From positions 1 to 28,823 of the IMG/VR virus record IMGVR_UViG_3300005739_000450: a stretch of 28,823 bases of DNA. The stretch is one strand, 5' to 3'. Position 1 is the stretch's first letter, and every line of letters starts with the position of its first letter. Source of the DNA: a virus (Duplodnaviria > Caudoviricetes). Both the position numbers and the translations under genes were made by a program. Positions 25,342 to 28,823 of this stretch are shown here, in pieces. The notes beneath the pieces are model-generated. The model was not told where the DNA came from and did no database searches. It saw nothing but the letters and a program-made list of their open reading frames with translations.

Positions 25342-25830
25342 ATGGCTGATTTACTAATGAAAATGCCGATACCCTATGAACCGAAACGACAGAATCGATT
25401 CATTCTGAGATTTCCATCTTCTTTGGGTATTAATGAATGGTTTGTAGAATCAACTGCTAGACCAACAATTGACATCTCCCCAACAGAAATTCAATTTCTT
25501 AATACATCCACATATGTGGCAGGAAGATTTACATGGGGTACAATTCCTGTAAAATTCAGAGACCCAATAGGTCCTTCAGCTGCTCAAGCTCTTATGGAGT
25601 GGGTTCGTCTCCATGCGGAGTCAGTAACAGGTCGTATGGGTTATGCTGCGGGTTACAAGAGAGACGTGGATTTGGAAATGTTGGACCCAACAGGAGTGGT
25701 AGTTGAAAAATGGATTTTGTACGGTGTTTTCTTGACTCAAGTGAACTTCGGAACACTCGGATATGGAACTGACGGTTTGGCGGATATTTCGGCAACAATG
25801 AGACCCGACCGTTGTGTGTTAGTTTACTAA
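25342..25830 (+). CDS. Tail tube protein (T4 gp19-like)
   Basis: YEPKRQNRF, AGRFTW, GYKRD..LEMLDPTGVVVEKWIL; location downstream of the sheath; TATTTAT at 25301-25307. Confidence 0.88.
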   Translation: MADLLMKMPIPYEPKRQNRFILRFPSSLGINEWFVESTARPTIDISPTEIQFLNTSTYVAGRFTWGTIPVKFRDPIGPSAAQALMEWVRLHAESVTGRMGYAAGYKRDVDLEMLDPTGVVVEKWILYGVFLTQVNFGTLGYGTDGLADISATMRPDRCVLVY

Positions 25831-25863
25831 TACTCTTTATAAAAAATCAATACTTTTTATATT

Positions 25864-25899
25864 TAACCGTAAAGACATAAACTTTACGGTTATTTTTTT
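25864..25899 (+). terminator. Rho-independent terminator after tail tube
   Basis: Perfect 11-bp stem TAACCGTAAAG / CTTTACGGTTA with 7-nt loop, then T7. Confidence 0.85.
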
Positions 25900-25902
25900 A
25901 TT

Positions 25903-26646
25903 ATGGACGAACAAACAAGAGAATACGCACAAGCAAACTTAACCTTACCACATGACGTGGTACAGTTACCATCTAAGGGAATTTTTTATAAAAATAAAAA
26001 AAAGGCAATCAAGGTAGGATACCTAACCGCAAATGATGAAAATATTTTGTTGGGTAGTTCTGATGATATTACTTTAACTCTTTTAAGAAACAAAATTTAT
26101 GAACCCGATGTTAAAGTTGAAGATTTAATAGAAGGGGACGTTGAGGCCATATTAATCTTTTTGAGAAATACTTCATTTGGGCCTGAGATGGAGGTCACGG
26201 TAACTGACCCTTCTACACAGAAACCATTCACAACAAAAGTAATTTTAGACACACTCTCAATATCATCAGGACAAGAACCTGACGAAGATGGAACATTTAC
26301 TACCGTCCTTCCGAAAACAGGTTCAAAAGTTAAATTAAAACCATTAACATACGGTGAAATAAATGAAATCGCCAGAATGGTTGACAATTATCCTAAGGGA
26401 AGAACCGCACCGAGAGTTACATGGAGACTACAAAAACAAATTGTCGAGATAGACGGGAATGCAGACAAACTTGAAATTTCCCAATTTATAGAACAAATGC
26501 CAATTATGGATTCAAAATATATAAGAAATTTTATGAACGCAAACGAACCAAGATTGGATATGACTAAAGAAATACAAGCCCCATCAGGAGAAAGACTACG
26601 AGTTAATGTAGGATTTGGGGTTGAGTTTTTTCGCCCTTTCTTCTGA
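25903..26646 (+). CDS. Tail/baseplate hub assembly chaperone (T4 gp26-like)
   Basis: LPSKG.FY, LTANDENIL, L..GD..AILIFLR..SFG, DSKYIR, ends EFFRPFF; lies between the tube and tape-measure genes. Confidence 0.75.
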   Translation: MDEQTREYAQANLTLPHDVVQLPSKGIFYKNKKKAIKVGYLTANDENILLGSSDDITLTLLRNKIYEPDVKVEDLIEGDVEAILIFLRNTSFGPEMEVTVTDPSTQKPFTTKVILDTLSISSGQEPDEDGTFTTVLPKTGSKVKLKPLTYGEINEIARMVDNYPKGRTAPRVTWRLQKQIVEIDGNADKLEISQFIEQMPIMDSKYIRNFMNANEPRLDMTKEIQAPSGERLRVNVGFGVEFFRPFF

Positions 26647-26788
26647 TTATAGGAAAGGACAATTGGACGAATTTTATTATCTCAACACAATATTGAACAT
26701 CTCTTATCAAGATTTTCTCATTATGCCTATATTCATCAGAAAATATCTATTGGATAAATGGATAGAGCTGAAATCCAATGAAAAATAA
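26630..26788 (+). CDS. Short +1-frame ORF, probable frameshift extension of the chaperone (absent from the ORF track)
   Basis: FALSSDYRKGQLDEFYYLNTILNISYQDFLIMPIFIRKYLLDKWIELKSNEK*; frame opens at 26612 after TAG, with no ATG until 26723. Confidence 0.7.
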   Translation, partial: FALSSDYRKGQLDEFYYLNTILNISYQDFLIMPIFIRKYLLDKWIELKSNEK

Positions 26789-26820
26789 ATAATACTCTAT
26801 TTATTTAACAAAGAGAGAGA

Positions 26821-28728
26821 ATGGCAGGCAGTACTGACCCAACACAACCACCCGCAGGTGGAACAACCGACTTAGGAACGTTGGATACAATGTTAAGGGA
26901 ACTGAATAAAGAAATCACAAAGTTCTCATTAGCAAATTTTGCAAAAAACTCTATCAACGAAATTTTATCTGTACAAAAAAGTATAGATGGTCTTAACGCA
27001 GCCCTATTGGGTACAAGAACAAGACTAACCGAAATGGGAAAAGCGATTACGGACGCAATGCCAGGAATCGCAGCATTAGGTGGTGATTTAAAAGACGCAC
27101 AAACAACATTAGCTGAAATTGCTTCAGGGTCAAGAAGAAATGTGATTGCGACTAGAAAAGATGTTGAGGAGTTGTACTCGGTTGGAAAACTGACAGGAAA
27201 AAATGTTGTTGATATTGTGGATTCGTTTGGTAAAGTTGGAATGAGTTACAAAAAAATAGGTGAGAATGTTGCAGGTACAATAAATACGGCAAATTCCTTG
27301 GGGGTTAATGCTAGAACTGTAATGTCATCAGTTTTGGACAATACAGAAAAGTTACAAAGGTTCAATTTTGAAAACGGAGTACAAGGGCTTTCAAGAATGG
27401 CCGCTCAGGCGTCGATGTTGAGATTCGATATGAATGAAACATTCAAGTTAGCGGACGACGTGTTAGACCCAGAAAGAGCGGTCGAAGTTGCGTCAGCTTT
27501 CCAAAGATTAGGAGTATCAGCTGGAAATCTTGTAGACCCTTTCCAATTGATGAACCAATCTATCAACGACCCATCGGGATTACAAGATAGTTTAATCAAT
27601 ATAGGAAAACAATTCACATATTTTGACGAAAAAACTAAATCATACAAAATCAATCCACAAGGTATTCTCACCCTAAAAGAAATAGGAAAACAAACAGGTG
27701 TTAGTGCAGATGAGTTGAGAAAGGCAGCACTTTCAGCTGCAGACTTTGATGAGAGATTATCCGCAGTCAGTAAAGCTGATTTATTTCCTGAGGTAACTGA
27801 AGATGATAAAAAATTATTGGCTAATATGGCCAGAATGGGTGATACGCCAGGTTCATATGAAATAAGTGTTGGTGGAGAATATAAAGAAATTAGCCAATTA
27901 AACTCACAACAATTAAAACAACTTGTTGAAGAACAAAAAAAAGGACCCAAAACTGTTGAGGAAATTCAAAAAAGTACTTTAGAAATTGATAAATCAATCT
28001 TAGCTAATGCAAAAGAAATAAATGCTAAATTATCTAAGACTCTTTTTTTCAGTGACAAATCATTACAAAATTCTTTAGATTTTACTAAAGGAATCCGAGA
28101 GGCAGGTAAAGAAAGTGCTGGAAGAGCAATGGCTCCCGACTTTGAAAAAGATTTGAGAGAAAAACAAGCTGAAAGGGCTCGAGCAAAAACCGCAGGAGAT
28201 ACAGAAAAGGTAAAAAGGCTAGACAAAGAAATAACCGACATGATACAGAGAGATATGAGGTTGGCCATGAAAGCTTTTCAAGACGGGATTGGTAAGAGTG
28301 GGGATGTTGTCGGAAGTGAAGTTGGTAAGACATTAAACAATATATTGACGCCAGCTTTTGATGTTGCTTTTGGTAGGTCCGCAAGTATGACAGAGGCAGG
28401 AACAGCGGGAGCAACACCCATCGGTGGAACAAGAACACCAATAAATGCACCATCGAATCAAATCAACCCTGAATGGATATACGGAACCTCACAAAGAGTT
28501 CAGCAAATGAACAACCAAAACCAATCAAACCAACAACAGACTCCAATCGATGTAAGTAATATACCAACACTACCAAAAAGAATAGACGTTTATTTCAACA
28601 AACCAGCAAACGTTGATTTTTCAAGTATTGAAGAAGCATTGAGTAGCGGAATTCTCAAAATAGAAGAAGCGACATTTACCGCAGTAGAAAAAACAGCAAA
28701 AAGATTAGGTAAGCAAAGTCGTCTTTAA
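26821..28728 (+). CDS. Tape-measure-like protein
   Basis: Long, apparently helical Ala/Gly/Lys-rich ORF directly after the chaperone genes; TATTTAT at 26798-26804. Confidence 0.7.
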   Translation: MAGSTDPTQPPAGGTTDLGTLDTMLRELNKEITKFSLANFAKNSINEILSVQKSIDGLNAALLGTRTRLTEMGKAITDAMPGIAALGGDLKDAQTTLAEIASGSRRNVIATRKDVEELYSVGKLTGKNVVDIVDSFGKVGMSYKKIGENVAGTINTANSLGVNARTVMSSVLDNTEKLQRFNFENGVQGLSRMAAQASMLRFDMNETFKLADDVLDPERAVEVASAFQRLGVSAGNLVDPFQLMNQSINDPSGLQDSLINIGKQFTYFDEKTKSYKINPQGILTLKEIGKQTGVSADELRKAALSAADFDERLSAVSKADLFPEVTEDDKKLLANMARMGDTPGSYEISVGGEYKEISQLNSQQLKQLVEEQKKGPKTVEEIQKSTLEIDKSILANAKEINAKLSKTLFFSDKSLQNSLDFTKGIREAGKESAGRAMAPDFEKDLREKQAERARAKTAGDTEKVKRLDKEITDMIQRDMRLAMKAFQDGIGKSGDVVGSEVGKTLNNILTPAFDVAFGRSASMTEAGTAGATPIGGTRTPINAPSNQINPEWIYGTSQRVQQMNNQNQSNQQQTPIDVSNIPTLPKRIDVYFNKPANVDFSSIEEALSSGILKIEEATFTAVEKTAKRLGKQSRL

Positions 28729-28764
28729 AAATTCAATTCGTTCTATTTATAAGAAAAACATTTG

Positions 28765-28823
28765 ATGGCAGATAGTCCTTTAGATTTTGTCAATTCTGAT
28801 TTTTTCAGAAAAAAAATGACTAC
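28765..28823 (+). CDS. Start of next gene (3'-truncated), MADSPLDFVNSDFFRKKMT...
   Basis: ATG at 28765 after TATTTAT at 28744-28750; frame open to the window end. Confidence 0.6.
   Translation, partial: MADSPLDFVNSDFFRKKMT

Noticed and set aside
941-28453. Many 60-180 aa alternative-frame and antisense ORFs in the track (e.g. 2915-3301, 14589-14888, 27405-27950)
   Set aside because: They are nested in well-supported genes, lack motifs, and look like shadow ORFs.
28420-28570. Gln/Asn-rich tract in the tape-measure-like protein
   Set aside because: Short low-complexity linker with no evidence of a separate function.
1-28823. Alternative genetic code (stop recoding, seen in some large phages)
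   Set aside because: Genes are full length under code 11, and TAA, TAG and TGA all end plausible genes.

Overview
AT-rich, gene-dense segment of a large contractile-tailed (myovirus-like) dsDNA phage genome, standard genetic code. The host is unknown; A/T-rich starts without clear Shine-Dalgarno motifs are compatible with Bacteroidota. Left to right: two Pro/Thr-rich mucin-like proteins (first one 5'-truncated); a seven-gene glycan-modification cluster (GT60-like polypeptide GlcNAc transferase, SAM methyltransferases, PLOD/LH3-type glycosyltransferase, GT10 fucosyltransferase-like, GT-A protein, MTase-HtrL/YibB-GT fusion); BppU-like protein; family B DNA polymerase; a minus-strand block (hypothetical, neck protein, Mn-type SOD fused to a PD-(D/E)xK-like domain, SNF2 helicase, SET domain); then head-tail joining, tail sheath, HAD protein, tail tube, tail/baseplate chaperone and tape-measure-like genes. 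Best candidate new system: a phage-encoded mucin-type O-glycosylation pathway beside its likely Pro/Thr-rich substrates. Also notable: an apparent +1 UUU-CGN frameshift in the tail chaperone, a TATTTAT promoter-like motif before about a dozen genes, a hairpin over the SOD start region, and an unannotated RHH regulator. All product calls come from motifs recognised by eye, not database searches.
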